In this document: positions 38,283 through 48,659 of the stretch, in pieces
How the letters are laid out: the number at the start of each line of letters is the position of its first letter
Position numbering within the stretch: the first letter of the stretch is position 1
Source: Candidatus Binatia bacterium
Lineage (GTDB): Bacteria > Desulfobacterota > Binatia > UBA9968
Direction: 5' to 3'
Assembly: GCA_046757725.1 (NCBI GenBank)
Contig: JBHHYU010000006.1
Span: 13,841 to 77,840, forward strand
Length of the DNA: 64,000 nt
Position numbers and translations under genes: made by a program
Notes under the pieces: model-generated
What the model was told of the DNA's origin: nothing
What the model saw: only the letters and a program-made list of their open reading frames with translations
Database searches by the model: none

Positions 38283-39413
38283 ATGAAACTAAGAAAGGCG
38301 AAAATTTCCGTTTTATTTGTGGTGGGTGGACTTCCTTACGGTGGAATCGAAAATCTACTTTTAGACCTTCTTAGGTACCTGGACAAGAGTCGCTTCAATT
38401 GTAAGGTCATCAATCTTTCGGGCAAGGGAGTGCTTACAGAAAGGTTTTTGGAGCAAGGTGTTGAGGTTCTAAATTTGGGTTTCCACCTTTCTACACATCG
38501 TTTGGATAATACATGGCGGCTGCGGCGCCTGTTTGTGCAACTGGACCCTGACGTTGTTTTTACCTCTCAATTTGCGGGGAATCACCATGCTCGGTTGGCA
38601 GCTTTGGGCCTCGAGTTTAAGGTGATCACCCAGGTGCACAACACGAAGCGGGAGCGATACTGGGAACGAAGACTTTCGGATCGGCTTTTGGGGCGTTGGA
38701 TCACGGATCATTTTATCGCTGTTTCTAGAGGAGTACAAAAGTCTCTGAAAAATGCCGTACCGGCCTCGGCAGTAAAAACCACTCTGATCTACAATGCGGT
38801 AGGTCGTGACCGACTCGCTCTGCCGCCGGGTTATTCGCAGGAAGAATTCAGAGAGCGAGAAGGAGTTCCAACCTCTAGTTTTTTGGTTACGGCTGTTGGA
38901 CGTCTCGTTTATCAGAAAGGGTTCGACATCCTTCTTTCCGCTTTTCAACGAGTCGTGGCCGGTGCACCAGATGTGTTTCTTCTCCTAGCGGGAGATGGCG
39001 AACTGTTTCAACAGTTGGACAAGTTGATCGACACCCTGTCGCTCCGGGAGAACGTTCGCCTTTTGGGTTACCGGCGCGACGTTTCCGCTCTTCTCAGTGC
39101 TAGCGACGCATTTGTACTCCCTTCTCGCTGGGAGGGTTTTAGTATTGTGGCCCTTGAGGCAATGGCCTTGGGGGTTCCTACGGTTTTGACGGAGAGTGCA
39201 CCAAATTCGGAGGTGATCCACCACGGTCACACAGGATGGGTAGTCACGTGTAAACCTGATGCCATTGCCGACGGTATCCTATCCCTCTACCGTGATGCCG
39301 AGTTACGTTGCAAGCTGGCTGAAAATGAAAAAGCTTTGTTTCAGAGCCGGTTCAGTGCAGAGAGCTATGCTCGGAAAGTAGGTGATTTAATTTGGCAGAC
39401 AGCGAGGGGATAA
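38283..39413 (+). CDS. GT4-family glycosyltransferase
   Basis: EGFSIVALEAMALGVP motif. Start moved from the track ORF (38250) to the ATG at 38283 (MKLRKAKISVLFVVGG). Confidence 0.8.
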   Translation: MKLRKAKISVLFVVGGLPYGGIENLLLDLLRYLDKSRFNCKVINLSGKGVLTERFLEQGVEVLNLGFHLSTHRLDNTWRLRRLFVQLDPDVVFTSQFAGNHHARLAALGLEFKVITQVHNTKRERYWERRLSDRLLGRWITDHFIAVSRGVQKSLKNAVPASAVKTTLIYNAVGRDRLALPPGYSQEEFREREGVPTSSFLVTAVGRLVYQKGFDILLSAFQRVVAGAPDVFLLLAGDGELFQQLDKLIDTLSLRENVRLLGYRRDVSALLSASDAFVLPSRWEGFSIVALEAMALGVPTVLTESAPNSEVIHHGHTGWVVTCKPDAIADGILSLYRDAELRCKLAENEKALFQSRFSAESYARKVGDLIWQTARG

Positions 39414-39431
39414 CTGGATCAGCGTGGTAGA

Positions 39432-40562
39432 CTAGGTGTTCCCGACATGAGACTTGAGACCATCGTAAAGCTCCAAGGGGCTAAAATGGCGTGGCACGTC
39501 GACTTTAAAACAAGCGGCTTCTGAGAAACTTTTTTCATAAAAACTTTTATTCTTATCAAATAACTGAGTCGTGTCGAGATTACTGATCTCCAGGGCGCAG
39601 AGGTTCAGCTTTTCCAGAAATTTGCGGTATTCGTCTAAAATGATGTGTGCGGAACGTCGTGCGACATCCTCAACCGCCATGGTTTCCACCTTGAGATTGT
39701 GAGTATCGGTGCGTCTGAGGTAAAAGACCTGCCGGATCTTGCTTTTTGTGCCTATTCGCTCAGCCCCGAATAAACGTGCCGGGGATATTCTACGACGTAC
39801 CTTGTGAGGTCCATGCATCCACGATCGTAGCTTCCACTGGGAGATGTCATCCAATGAGCGGCCCCGGAGGACTCTATTCAAAAGCTTGGGACTTCTAATT
39901 GTATTATAGCCGTAGACCTGCATGTGCATGGGATACGCGTAGGCCTGCGCTTCTTCATCCGTAAGCAATATGTCGTCACTCAGATACAACCAATGACCCT
40001 CCTCCATGAAACAGAAGCCGGCGCTTGTTTTACCCGATCCGCCACACCCGGTGAAAAGAATGGCTCCACGGGAAGTGTCCGTTATAGCGCTAGCGTGACA
40101 GAAACCTTGCCCTAGTCTAAGCATGGAGAGGTGAAAGATAGGATGGATGAAGTCATAGAGAACGTTTTTAGCCAATCGCTCGGTTCGAGAAAGGAAGCTC
40201 CAGTTACGCCGTTTGTCGATCCAATGAGCTAATGCCTGGGGCCCATTGTTCGCCACCGCCCATGAGTGGCAGCTGATGACGACCCGAAGTGGGTACTCTG
40301 CGGCGATATCACCGCTCACTGTAAAAGTATAACCTGACCTTTTTTCTACTCCGCTAAATGTTTTACCCTGGGAATACAAGGAATCCCTTAAGTAAATCCT
40401 TCCGCTTTCCTGACTAGGGACGACATCCCGCACCTCAATAATCAGGTGTGGGGATTCATTTGTCGTTGGCAGTGAGTCGTATTCCTCTCGTAGGAGCGTC
40501 GCGGCGCGGTGCGAGCCTTGAATGGAGAAAATAAACCGTCCTAGCCTTTTGGCCTTTTGCAT
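39432..40562 (-). CDS. HPr-kinase C-terminal-like P-loop protein (HprK-related kinase family), function unknown
   Basis: AILFTGCGGSGKTSAGFCFMEEGHWLYLSDD matches the HprK C-domain Walker A plus the downstream G-H-x-L-[IV]-x-DD pattern. The ~170-aa N-terminal region is unassigned. Confidence 0.6.
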   Translation of the reverse strand: MQKAKRLGRFIFSIQGSHRAATLLREEYDSLPTTNESPHLIIEVRDVVPSQESGRIYLRDSLYSQGKTFSGVEKRSGYTFTVSGDIAAEYPLRVVISCHSWAVANNGPQALAHWIDKRRNWSFLSRTERLAKNVLYDFIHPIFHLSMLRLGQGFCHASAITDTSRGAILFTGCGGSGKTSAGFCFMEEGHWLYLSDDILLTDEEAQAYAYPMHMQVYGYNTIRSPKLLNRVLRGRSLDDISQWKLRSWMHGPHKVRRRISPARLFGAERIGTKSKIRQVFYLRRTDTHNLKVETMAVEDVARRSAHIILDEYRKFLEKLNLCALEISNLDTTQLFDKNKSFYEKSFSEAACFKVDVPRHFSPLELYDGLKSHVGNT

Positions 40563-41079
40563 AATCGGGCCTCAGGGTTTATGTTCTTTTGCACAATCAC
40601 ACTGGGATTGGGAACGGGGTGTTTCAAGTTATCTAGGTGGCCTCAGAGTCCGGTGCATGCCTGTTTTATGGGCCACAGAATAAAGCGAGTCGTAACCGGC
40701 AGGTCTAAGCAAAGATCCTCCTCATGGGCAGCCACGATGGCACCCGTCTCTTTAATTAACTATTGTAAAAGTATATGATTCAATTTTAGTTTTCAACATT
40801 AACTGAAAGAAAGAACTTAAGGTTCATCAGCCCAGCATCTGCTGCCTGAGCGTTTTAGTTTTTCTCCAACTTCTCTTCATTGCCCGCGTTTCATGCTCTA
40901 CCCGTGATCATAAAGACCTTTTAAGAGAGGGGTTGCTATCATTCCGAAGGAAAACTCCAGTTATTATTTGGGCAGTTCCGGGCCGGTCTGCAGACCTAAG
41001 TTGCATCGGTTAAGGAACCGATTTATTTTCTATTGATCCAGTCTCTATTTCTCCGGACAGCTACATTCGAGCTCGGAAT

Positions 41080-41871
41080 ATGGAAGATCACAGGCCTGAG
41101 ATTTCTGCTATCATCGTCTGCTTCAACGAGGAGCATAACATTCGCGATTGCCTGGAAAGCGTCAAATGGTGCGACGAAATTGTAGTAGTGGATTCTTTCA
41201 GTACCGATCGGACAGTGCAAATCTGTCGCCAGTATACGGATCGTGTTATCCAGCGTCCCTGGGCGGGATATCGTGATCAGAAGGCATTCGCACATTCCCA
41301 AGCTACCAGTGAATGGGTTTTCCTGGTAGACGCGGACGAACAGGTCTCTCCAGAACTAAGGAAGGAGATCCAGGACGCCTTGAGTCGTTTTCGGACTCGT
41401 TTTGCTGCCTTCTCGGTTCCAAGGCTGGTTTATTATCTGGGAAGATGGTGGTGGCGGGGAGGATGGTATCCCGATTATGATGTCAGGGTATTCCGCCGCG
41501 ATCGCGCTACCTGGGCTGGAACAGACCCTCACGAGAAGATTATGATTAACGGAAAGGTACTGCGGTTAAAGAAGTCCCTTTATCATTATTCGTATTCGGA
41601 CATTAGGGATCATTTAAACCGAATCAATCACTTTACCAGTGTTTCATCGAGAGAGCTGAGAGGGCAGGGGAGGCGTTGGGCGTGGGTGGATAACCTGTGT
41701 CGGCCGGCTTTCCGCTTTTTTTATTTCTATGTCTGGAAGAGGGGATTTGTCGAAGGGTTTGCAGGGCTCTTTGTTGCTGCCACGGCCGCGATCTATGTTT
41801 TTGTTAGATATGCTAAACTCAGAGAGCTCGAAATAATTGAGAAAAATGAGACAGGTGATGGAGACGGATAG
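41080..41871 (+). CDS. GT2-family LPS-core glycosyltransferase (KdtX/WaaE-like)
   Basis: ISAIIVCFNEE...VVVDSFSTD...FLVDADEQ motifs. Confidence 0.85.
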   Translation: MEDHRPEISAIIVCFNEEHNIRDCLESVKWCDEIVVVDSFSTDRTVQICRQYTDRVIQRPWAGYRDQKAFAHSQATSEWVFLVDADEQVSPELRKEIQDALSRFRTRFAAFSVPRLVYYLGRWWWRGGWYPDYDVRVFRRDRATWAGTDPHEKIMINGKVLRLKKSLYHYSYSDIRDHLNRINHFTSVSSRELRGQGRRWAWVDNLCRPAFRFFYFYVWKRGFVEGFAGLFVAATAAIYVFVRYAKLRELEIIEKNETGDGDG

Positions 41872-43006
41872 GCGACCTCTCAAAGTTCTCCATATCGATT
41901 CGGAAGAGTTATGGGGAGGTGGAGAAAACCAGGTCCTAGGGCTTGTGGACTACCTTTCCTTCCGGGGTCATACGAATCACCTTCTGTGCCACCCTGGCGG
42001 TGTCTTGTCTCGGGCCGTCCGGCAAAAAGGGTTTGCTACCTTTCCTCTCCGCATGCGGAACGATCTTGATCTGAGGCCGATGCTTCGGCTCCGTCGGCTC
42101 ATGCGGCAGGAAGCCTATGACATCGTTCATTTTCACACCAAGAGGGCTCACGCCTTGGTACTCGGGCTCGCACGGGTTCACGGTGGGCCAGGGTATGTGG
42201 TAACGAGGAGGATGGATTATCCGGTTCGAAGGGGCTGGTATAGCCGGTGTCTTTACGACAAAAAGGTAGACGGAGTTGTCGCTATCTCCCGCAAGATAGC
42301 TGACGTTTTGGTAGCGGGAGGTGTGGGGAGGGAGAGGATCCGTGTTATTTACAGTGGAATCGACCCCACCCCGTTTCAACGATCCCAACGAACTGAACAG
42401 AACATCGCTCCCATGGTGATCGGAACGGTGGCGGTGCTGGAGGAGAGAAAAGGACATCGGTTTTTATTGGAAGCGGCCTCACTGCTGAAGCGACAGGGCT
42501 TTCGGCTGAAGTTTCGGTTTGCCGGGGACGGTTCTCGCAAAGAAAGCCTCCAAAAGCTTGTGTCGCGATTGGGCCTGCGGGAAGAGGTGGAGTTTATGGG
42601 TTTTGTTTCAGATATCCCGAGTTTTTTATCTTTGACGGATATTGTGGTGTTGCCTTCTCTATATGAAGGTTTAGGGGTTGCCGTTTTAGAGGCCATGGCT
42701 GCACGAAAGCCCGTTGTGGCAACTCAAGTGGGGGGCCTCCCGGAGTTGATAGAGGATCAGATTACCGGTTTACTCGTACCGCCGAAAGATCCCAATGCAT
42801 TGGCCCAGGCTATATCCGGATTAATCAATCAACGAGGTAGCATCCAACAGATGGGGGACGAAGCCTGGAAACGCATTCAGCAGGATTTCACAGTGGAACA
42901 GATGGCAAAAAAGAACGAAGGCTATTATTATGACATTCTAGCCGGACGTAGCGATAGAGAGCTTCGAGAAATGGAAGGAAAAAACATTGCCGTCGAAAAG
43001 GACTAA
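41846..43006 (+). CDS. GT4-family glycosyltransferase
   Basis: YEGLGVAVLEAMAARKPVVA motif. Possible starts at the TTG at 41837, the ATG at 41846 or the ATG at 41858. Confidence 0.8.
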   Translation: MRQVMETDRRPLKVLHIDSEELWGGGENQVLGLVDYLSFRGHTNHLLCHPGGVLSRAVRQKGFATFPLRMRNDLDLRPMLRLRRLMRQEAYDIVHFHTKRAHALVLGLARVHGGPGYVVTRRMDYPVRRGWYSRCLYDKKVDGVVAISRKIADVLVAGGVGRERIRVIYSGIDPTPFQRSQRTEQNIAPMVIGTVAVLEERKGHRFLLEAASLLKRQGFRLKFRFAGDGSRKESLQKLVSRLGLREEVEFMGFVSDIPSFLSLTDIVVLPSLYEGLGVAVLEAMAARKPVVATQVGGLPELIEDQITGLLVPPKDPNALAQAISGLINQRGSIQQMGDEAWKRIQQDFTVEQMAKKNEGYYYDILAGRSDRELREMEGKNIAVEKD

Positions 43007-43982
43007 GCTTTCAGGTCCCTTAAGCAGATTTCGGCAAAGCCATATCCTAGTGGTCGGGGATTTGTTGTTGGATCGCTTCATTTGGGGAGATGTGCAGAGG
43101 ATTTCGCCTGAGGCGCCTGTTCCAGTGCTGCAGGTGACATCAGAGAGCTTCCGATTAGGGGGCGCCGCGAATGTCATTCATAATATCCGAACCCTCGGTG
43201 GCCGCGTTACGGCCTGTGGCGTTATAGGGCAGGATGCGATGGGGCGGAAATTACTTCGACAGCTCAAAGAGATCGGTGCTTTGACCCACGGTGTCTTTTT
43301 GGAACGAGGCTTTCAAACAATCCAAAAGACCCGTGTTATTGCCCGTCCCCGGCATCAACAAATAGTCCGGCTGGATCGGGAAAATCGTGGTAAGATTCAC
43401 AAGGGTATCCTGAAGAAAATTCGCCAATTCGTGGCAAGGCAAGTTCGTCGGTGCGACGCCTTGGTTATCTCAGATTACGGGAAGGGAGTCGTCCACTCTG
43501 AGTTATTGAACCTGGTAGCAAGTCTGATTAGGGACAGAAATCTGATCTGCGTGATGGACCCAAAAAAGGAGAACTTTGAAGGCTATCGCGAGGCTACACT
43601 GGTTACTCCGAACAAAGAAGAAGCAAGCCAGGCATCACGGATTGAGATACGGGATGAGGTCTCACTGCATGAAGCGGGCAAAAGACTTCTGCGGATGTGG
43701 CAGGCCAAGGCGATCCTAATCACTCGTGGGCCGGATGGAATGAGTCTGTTTCGACCCGCGAGGCAGGCCCGACATTTTTCCACTGAACGTCGTGAGATAT
43801 TCGATGTTACCGGAGCTGGAGATACCGTTGTTGCGGCATGTTCCTTGGCGTTAGCGAGTGGGTCGACGTACGAGGATGCAGCTGTCATCGCAAATGCGGC
43901 GGCCGGACTTGTGGGAGATGAAGTTGGAACTGTGGCGGTTTCGTTTCAGAGGCTAAAGAACTTTATCCAGGAGCAGCGATGA
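42987..43982 (+). CDS. hldA: D-glycero-beta-D-manno-heptose-7-phosphate kinase (RfaE domain I, PfkB family)
   Basis: HILVVGDLLLDRFIWGDVQRISPEAPVPVL and DVTGAGDT PfkB motif. The domain II partner is a separate gene at 47910..48383. Confidence 0.85.
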   Translation: MPSKRTKLSGPLSRFRQSHILVVGDLLLDRFIWGDVQRISPEAPVPVLQVTSESFRLGGAANVIHNIRTLGGRVTACGVIGQDAMGRKLLRQLKEIGALTHGVFLERGFQTIQKTRVIARPRHQQIVRLDRENRGKIHKGILKKIRQFVARQVRRCDALVISDYGKGVVHSELLNLVASLIRDRNLICVMDPKKENFEGYREATLVTPNKEEASQASRIEIRDEVSLHEAGKRLLRMWQAKAILITRGPDGMSLFRPARQARHFSTERREIFDVTGAGDTVVAACSLALASGSTYEDAAVIANAAAGLVGDEVGTVAVSFQRLKNFIQEQR

Positions 43983-44842
43983 AGAGCATGACGGGTTACG
44001 GTGAGGCATCATCTCAGAGTAAGTGGACGAAGGTCGTGGTCCAAGTGCGCACGCTAAACCATCGACATCTGGATATTCAGATCAGGGGCCCGCGAGAATA
44101 CCTGTCCATCGAAGAAGGGATTCGTAAAATTATCCGGCAAAAAATCTCTCGCGGGCGAGTTGACGTTTTTATGATCCGTTCACCCGTGAAAGGGCAGGGT
44201 CGAAAGTTGGAGATGGACGAAGGACTCATAACCCAGTATCTCCAATCTCTGCATCGAGTAAAGAAAAAATTTGGCCTAAAAGGGGAAATCGACATCTCCC
44301 TTTTTTTTAATTTCCCCGAGCTTTTTCATCTTCAAGACAAGGAGGTGAACAGAGGAGACGAGAGAGCGTTGGTCTTGCGTGCGCTAAATTCCGCATTAGA
44401 GAAATTGGAGGGTTCCAGGAAAAGAGAAGGAGACCATCTGAACTTGGATGTTCAATCTCAGATTCGGTGTCTTAGAAAGATTTGCGCCGGGTTAGCAAGT
44501 GAAGCGAGAAAACTTCGTCCGCAGCTTAGGAATTCCCAGGTCGTGAAGAATGGGAGAAACTCCGCTGAAACACCTAGGGAGACTCCGGAAATTAGTAATT
44601 GGACCCCTAAGGGTGATATTCATGAGGAAACGGTACGGCTCAGGAGTCACCTGGTGGAAATGACGCGATTAGTGCACCGGCGAGGCCCAATGGGCAAGAG
44701 GGTTGAATTTTTCCTTCAAGAACTACAGCGGGAGCTGAACACCATTAGCTCGAAAGTCCCTTTCTTGTCTGTTGTCCAATTGGTGCTTGCAGGGAAGGAA
44801 GCGGTGGAAAAGATAAGAGAACAGGTGCAAAATTTAGAGTAA
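43979..44842 (+). CDS. yicC: YicC-family stress-induced protein
   Basis: MKSMTGYGEAS N-terminus and the conserved yicC-gmk arrangement. Confidence 0.85.
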   Translation: MKSMTGYGEASSQSKWTKVVVQVRTLNHRHLDIQIRGPREYLSIEEGIRKIIRQKISRGRVDVFMIRSPVKGQGRKLEMDEGLITQYLQSLHRVKKKFGLKGEIDISLFFNFPELFHLQDKEVNRGDERALVLRALNSALEKLEGSRKREGDHLNLDVQSQIRCLRKICAGLASEARKLRPQLRNSQVVKNGRNSAETPRETPEISNWTPKGDIHEETVRLRSHLVEMTRLVHRRGPMGKRVEFFLQELQRELNTISSKVPFLSVVQLVLAGKEAVEKIREQVQNLE

Positions 44843-44846
44843 GCCG

Positions 44847-45500
44847 GTGGACGAATTCTCGATAAAGCGTGAAGGCGTCATTTTCATTGTATCGGCTCCC
44901 TCGGGTGCAGGTAAAACCACTCTAATTAACGGTCTTATCACGATCTTTCCGGAGATCTCGCTTTCGGTATCCTATACCACTCGTGCTCGCCGGTCAGGTG
45001 AAATTCCAGGCCGAGATTACCACTTTGTAACAGAGAAAAAATTTCAAGGCATGCGGGCTCGGAAGGAATTTGCGGAATGGGCCACCGTGCATGGGTGTCT
45101 CTACGGTACTCCGCGATCGGGCCTGGAACAAACCATCCGGCGAGGGAGGGATGTGTTGCTGGATATTGATGTGCAGGGTGCGGGGAAGATCAAAAGGTAT
45201 TATCCTCACGCAGTCTCTATTTTTGTGCTTCCTCCCTCCTGGCAAGAGCTCGAAAGGAGGCTGGCACACCGGGGGACCGATCAGCGGGAAAGTATTCAGC
45301 AACGTCTCCAAAATGCCAGGAGTGAAATCGGAAGGATTTTGCGATATGATTATTTCGTGATCAATCAAGAAATACGAGATGCGTTGGAATCTCTCAAGTT
45401 TATCGTGAAAGCAGAGAGACTCAGAATCTCCAGGATTAGAAAATGGCGGATTCCTTCTCTCCAACGTGCGCTGCCGTTGAGGCATAAGGATCATGCGTAA
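44847..45500 (+). CDS. gmk: guanylate kinase
   Basis: P-loop SAPSGAGKTT. Confidence 0.9.
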   Translation: MDEFSIKREGVIFIVSAPSGAGKTTLINGLITIFPEISLSVSYTTRARRSGEIPGRDYHFVTEKKFQGMRARKEFAEWATVHGCLYGTPRSGLEQTIRRGRDVLLDIDVQGAGKIKRYYPHAVSIFVLPPSWQELERRLAHRGTDQRESIQQRLQNARSEIGRILRYDYFVINQEIRDALESLKFIVKAERLRISRIRKWRIPSLQRALPLRHKDHA

Positions 45501-47685
45501 AGAGCTTCGGATCGGTGACTTAGTTGGAAGGGTTCAAGGTTATCATCCTACGGCCAATGTCGAGTTGATCCGGCAAGCGTATGATTTCTCGGCAAGGGTT
45601 CACCAGGGACAGAAGCGCCTATCCGGTGAACCTTATTTGATACACCCAATTGCGGTGGCAGGGATCATTGCCGACTTGAAGCTCGATGTGCCGAGTGTTG
45701 TGGGCGGGCTGCTCCACGATACGGTTGAAGATACCCTGACGAGTCTGGACGAAGTAAGAAATATTTTTGGTGAAGAGGTCGCCACGTTGGTAGATGGGGT
45801 GACAAAAATAAGCCGTGTCAACTTTGCCAGCCAGGAAGAAAAACAGGCAGAGAACTATCGTAAGATGATACTCGCCATGGCGCATGATATTCGCGTTATA
45901 CTCATTAAATTAGCCGACCGTACCCATAACATGCGGACTTTGAACCACCTTTCCGCAGACAAACAGATTCTAACAGCGCAGGAAACCTTGGACATCTATG
46001 CGCCCCTGTCGCATCGTTTGGGGATTGCCTGGATCAAGTGCGAGCTGGAGGATCTGGCCCTTAAATACCTTCAGCCTGAGATCTACTATCAGTTGAAACG
46101 GAACGTGGCTAAACGAAAGGTGGATCGAGAAAAATATATTAGTGAGGTTATTTCCATTATCAAAAAAAAGTTAGGAGCAGAGGGAATCGAAGCCGAGGTA
46201 TCCGGTCGGCCTAAGCACTTCTACAGCATTTATCAAAAGATGGAGAGTCAAAACCTCGGCTACGATCAGATTTTCGACCTCGTGGCGTTCCGAATTTTAG
46301 TGGATACCGCAAGAGAATGTTACGAAACCTTAGGAGTGATCCATTCCCATTGGAAACCGGTGGTAGGTCGTTTTAAGGATTATATTGCGTTGCCTAAGCC
46401 GAACATGTATCAGTCCCTTCATACGACCGTGATCGGTCCGCACGGGGAACGCACGGAGATTCAGATCCGAAGCCATGAAATGCATCGGATAGCGGAGGAG
46501 GGGATTGCCTCTCATTGGCGTTACAAAGATAGCGAAGCCTTCCAATTCAATGAGATTCAGCGGTTTACCTGGTTTCGGCAACTCCTTGAGTGGCAGCAGA
46601 ACCTCCAGGACCCACAAGAGTTTCTCTACAGCATCAAAGAAGACCTCTTTTCCGAGGCGGTTTATGTTTTTACACCGAAAGGCGATCTCCTCAACTTTTC
46701 CAAGGGATCTACCGTGATTGATTTTGCCTATCGCATCCATTCAGAGGTGGGTCAACACTGTTCCGGGGCCAGGGTGAACGGGCAGCTAGTTCCCCTTAAA
46801 TATATTCTACGAAGCGGGGATACGGTTGAAATTATCACGACCCCTCAGCAGAGTCCGGCCCGGGATTGGCTCAAGCTGGTCAAAAGTCCAAGGGCAAAAG
46901 GAAGGATTAGAAATTGGCTCAAATCCCAACAGAGAAATAAGAGCGTAGCCCTCGGACAGCAAATTCTGGAGGGAGATTTCAAGCGTTACAAACTCCATTA
47001 CACCGCCTTGCGGCGGGAGGGTAAGATAGAGGCCATTGCCAGGGAACTCGGAATGAAGGATGAGGAGTCCCTCCTGGCAGGTACGGGATATGGCAAAATT
47101 ATGCCGCGTCAAGTCTTGGCTAAATTGCTCCCGCCGGAAAAACTGGAGGATGGCAAGCAACAGTCAGAGGGGACTCTGGAACGCTTGTTCCGCCTTGTCG
47201 CGGGCCAACGACGAGGTTTCGGCGTTAAGGTTAACGGCGTGGGGGACAGCCTGGTTCGGTTTGCTCGGTGCTGCCATCCGTTACCGGGAGAGGCGATTAT
47301 CGGCTATATCACCCGAGGTAGGGGGGTAACCGTTCATATCTCCAACTGTCCTACTGTCCTGGAGAGCGACCCACAGCGTAAGGTTGACGTGAGTTGGCAG
47401 GATGACGGGCAGATTCCGCGCCCCATAAAGGTTCAAGTTAGCTGCGTGGATCGACCCGGACTCCTCGCAGCGATCAGTGCGGCTATCACGGGTGCGGACG
47501 TCAATATTATTCGTGCTCAGATTCGGACCTTTCCGGATCAGAAGGCTGTTAATACTTTTGAGGTCATGCTCTCGAATTCAAATCAACTCAAGCGCGTCCT
47601 CCGCAATGTCTTGAAGGTAAAAGGCGTATATAAGGCAGTCAGGGCGAAGGGTGAGGAAGCCGCCGTTAAAGAGATAATGGATTAA
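45493..47685 (+). CDS. rel: bifunctional (p)ppGpp synthetase/hydrolase RelA/SpoT
   Basis: HD domain HPIAVAGI...HDTVEDT, synthetase domain, and TGS/ACT regions. 730 aa. Confidence 0.9.
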   Translation: MRKELRIGDLVGRVQGYHPTANVELIRQAYDFSARVHQGQKRLSGEPYLIHPIAVAGIIADLKLDVPSVVGGLLHDTVEDTLTSLDEVRNIFGEEVATLVDGVTKISRVNFASQEEKQAENYRKMILAMAHDIRVILIKLADRTHNMRTLNHLSADKQILTAQETLDIYAPLSHRLGIAWIKCELEDLALKYLQPEIYYQLKRNVAKRKVDREKYISEVISIIKKKLGAEGIEAEVSGRPKHFYSIYQKMESQNLGYDQIFDLVAFRILVDTARECYETLGVIHSHWKPVVGRFKDYIALPKPNMYQSLHTTVIGPHGERTEIQIRSHEMHRIAEEGIASHWRYKDSEAFQFNEIQRFTWFRQLLEWQQNLQDPQEFLYSIKEDLFSEAVYVFTPKGDLLNFSKGSTVIDFAYRIHSEVGQHCSGARVNGQLVPLKYILRSGDTVEIITTPQQSPARDWLKLVKSPRAKGRIRNWLKSQQRNKSVALGQQILEGDFKRYKLHYTALRREGKIEAIARELGMKDEESLLAGTGYGKIMPRQVLAKLLPPEKLEDGKQQSEGTLERLFRLVAGQRRGFGVKVNGVGDSLVRFARCCHPLPGEAIIGYITRGRGVTVHISNCPTVLESDPQRKVDVSWQDDGQIPRPIKVQVSCVDRPGLLAAISAAITGADVNIIRAQIRTFPDQKAVNTFEVMLSNSNQLKRVLRNVLKVKGVYKAVRAKGEEAAVKEIMD

Positions 47686-47715
47686 AGGAGTTAGAAATGA
47701 ATCCAAGGCGCGGGG

Positions 47716-47907
47716 TCATGCGACCTTTTCAACCCGACCAGAGTGGATGCATTGGGTACAGACCAGAATGCGCTGGACGTGACCCTTTAACCGGGCCCGC
47801 ACTCTTTGGAGATTGGGCCGCCAGATTCTCTTTGTTTTATTGTTAGCGTGACTGACGTTATGTCCGACGGATCGTCCTTTTCCACAAATGGAACAAACTC
47901 TTGCCAT
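47716..47907 (-). CDS. rpmB: 50S ribosomal protein L28 (zinc-ribbon variant)
   Basis: [10 protein letters not shown]...[17 protein letters not shown]. Confidence 0.85.
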   Translation of the reverse strand: MARVCSICGKGRSVGHNVSHANNKTKRIWRPNLQRVRARLKGHVQRILVCTQCIHSGRVEKVA

Positions 47908-47909
47908 GG

Positions 47910-48383
47910 TTACCTCTTACACATCCTTTCAATTATCTGCGTGGAGGAATAGCCTTCCAGGTAAGGAATAACAACCACGCTCCCCCCGTCTTTTTTAACT
48001 AAATCCGCGCCAACGATCTTGCTCTTGTCCCAATCCCCACCTTTGACCAACACATTGGGTCGTAATTCGCGAATGGTCGCGAGCGGATCCGGCTCTTCAA
48101 ATAACGTAACCAAGTCTACCATTTCCAGCGCGGCAATCAACTCCGTTCTATCCTTTTCACGAAGGACCGGCCGATCGGGCCCTTTAATTCGTTTCACTGA
48201 CCTATCGCTGTTCAGAGCAACGATCAGCAGATCGCCCAGTTTGCGAGCCTCTTGAAGTAGATGTAGGTGCCCCGGGTGCAGGACATCAAAGCAACCGTTG
48301 GTGAAAACAACTTTTTGGCCTTCCTTTTTCGCTTTAGCGACAATACTCTTGACCTCGTCGATGCGCCTAATTTTTTCGTGCAC
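47910..48383 (-). CDS. hldC: D-beta-D-heptose-1-phosphate adenylyltransferase (RfaE domain II, cytidylyltransferase fold)
   Basis: [19 protein letters not shown]. Confidence 0.85.
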   Translation of the reverse strand: MHEKIRRIDEVKSIVAKAKKEGQKVVFTNGCFDVLHPGHLHLLQEARKLGDLLIVALNSDRSVKRIKGPDRPVLREKDRTELIAALEMVDLVTLFEEPDPLATIRELRPNVLVKGGDWDKSKIVGADLVKKDGGSVVVIPYLEGYSSTQIIERMCKR

Positions 48384-48659
48384 TATAGATAAACGGGTAG
48401 CATGTTCCTAAATCGAAATCAACGACAGGAACCTTCCAACGAAGCTTTGGTGGAACAGAGAAATCGCGTAGTTAGATCAAACACTTTATCCTGCTGGCTT
48501 ACCTGTCTGGCAGTAGCGCATGATCCTTATTGACTCTTTCGACCTTACGCGTTTATATTGCGGGCGATCTCGTGGGGGGGGTAGGGAATTTCTGTAAGTG
48601 CTTTGACTGGCATCGCAAAACATGCGTTATTAGAAACAAACACGTGATAGGTAACGATA

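Noticed and set aside
40557-40778. 73-aa ORF at the start of the AT-rich region upstream of the HprK-like gene
   Set aside because: No RBS, no family resemblance, and it lies in a probable promoter region.
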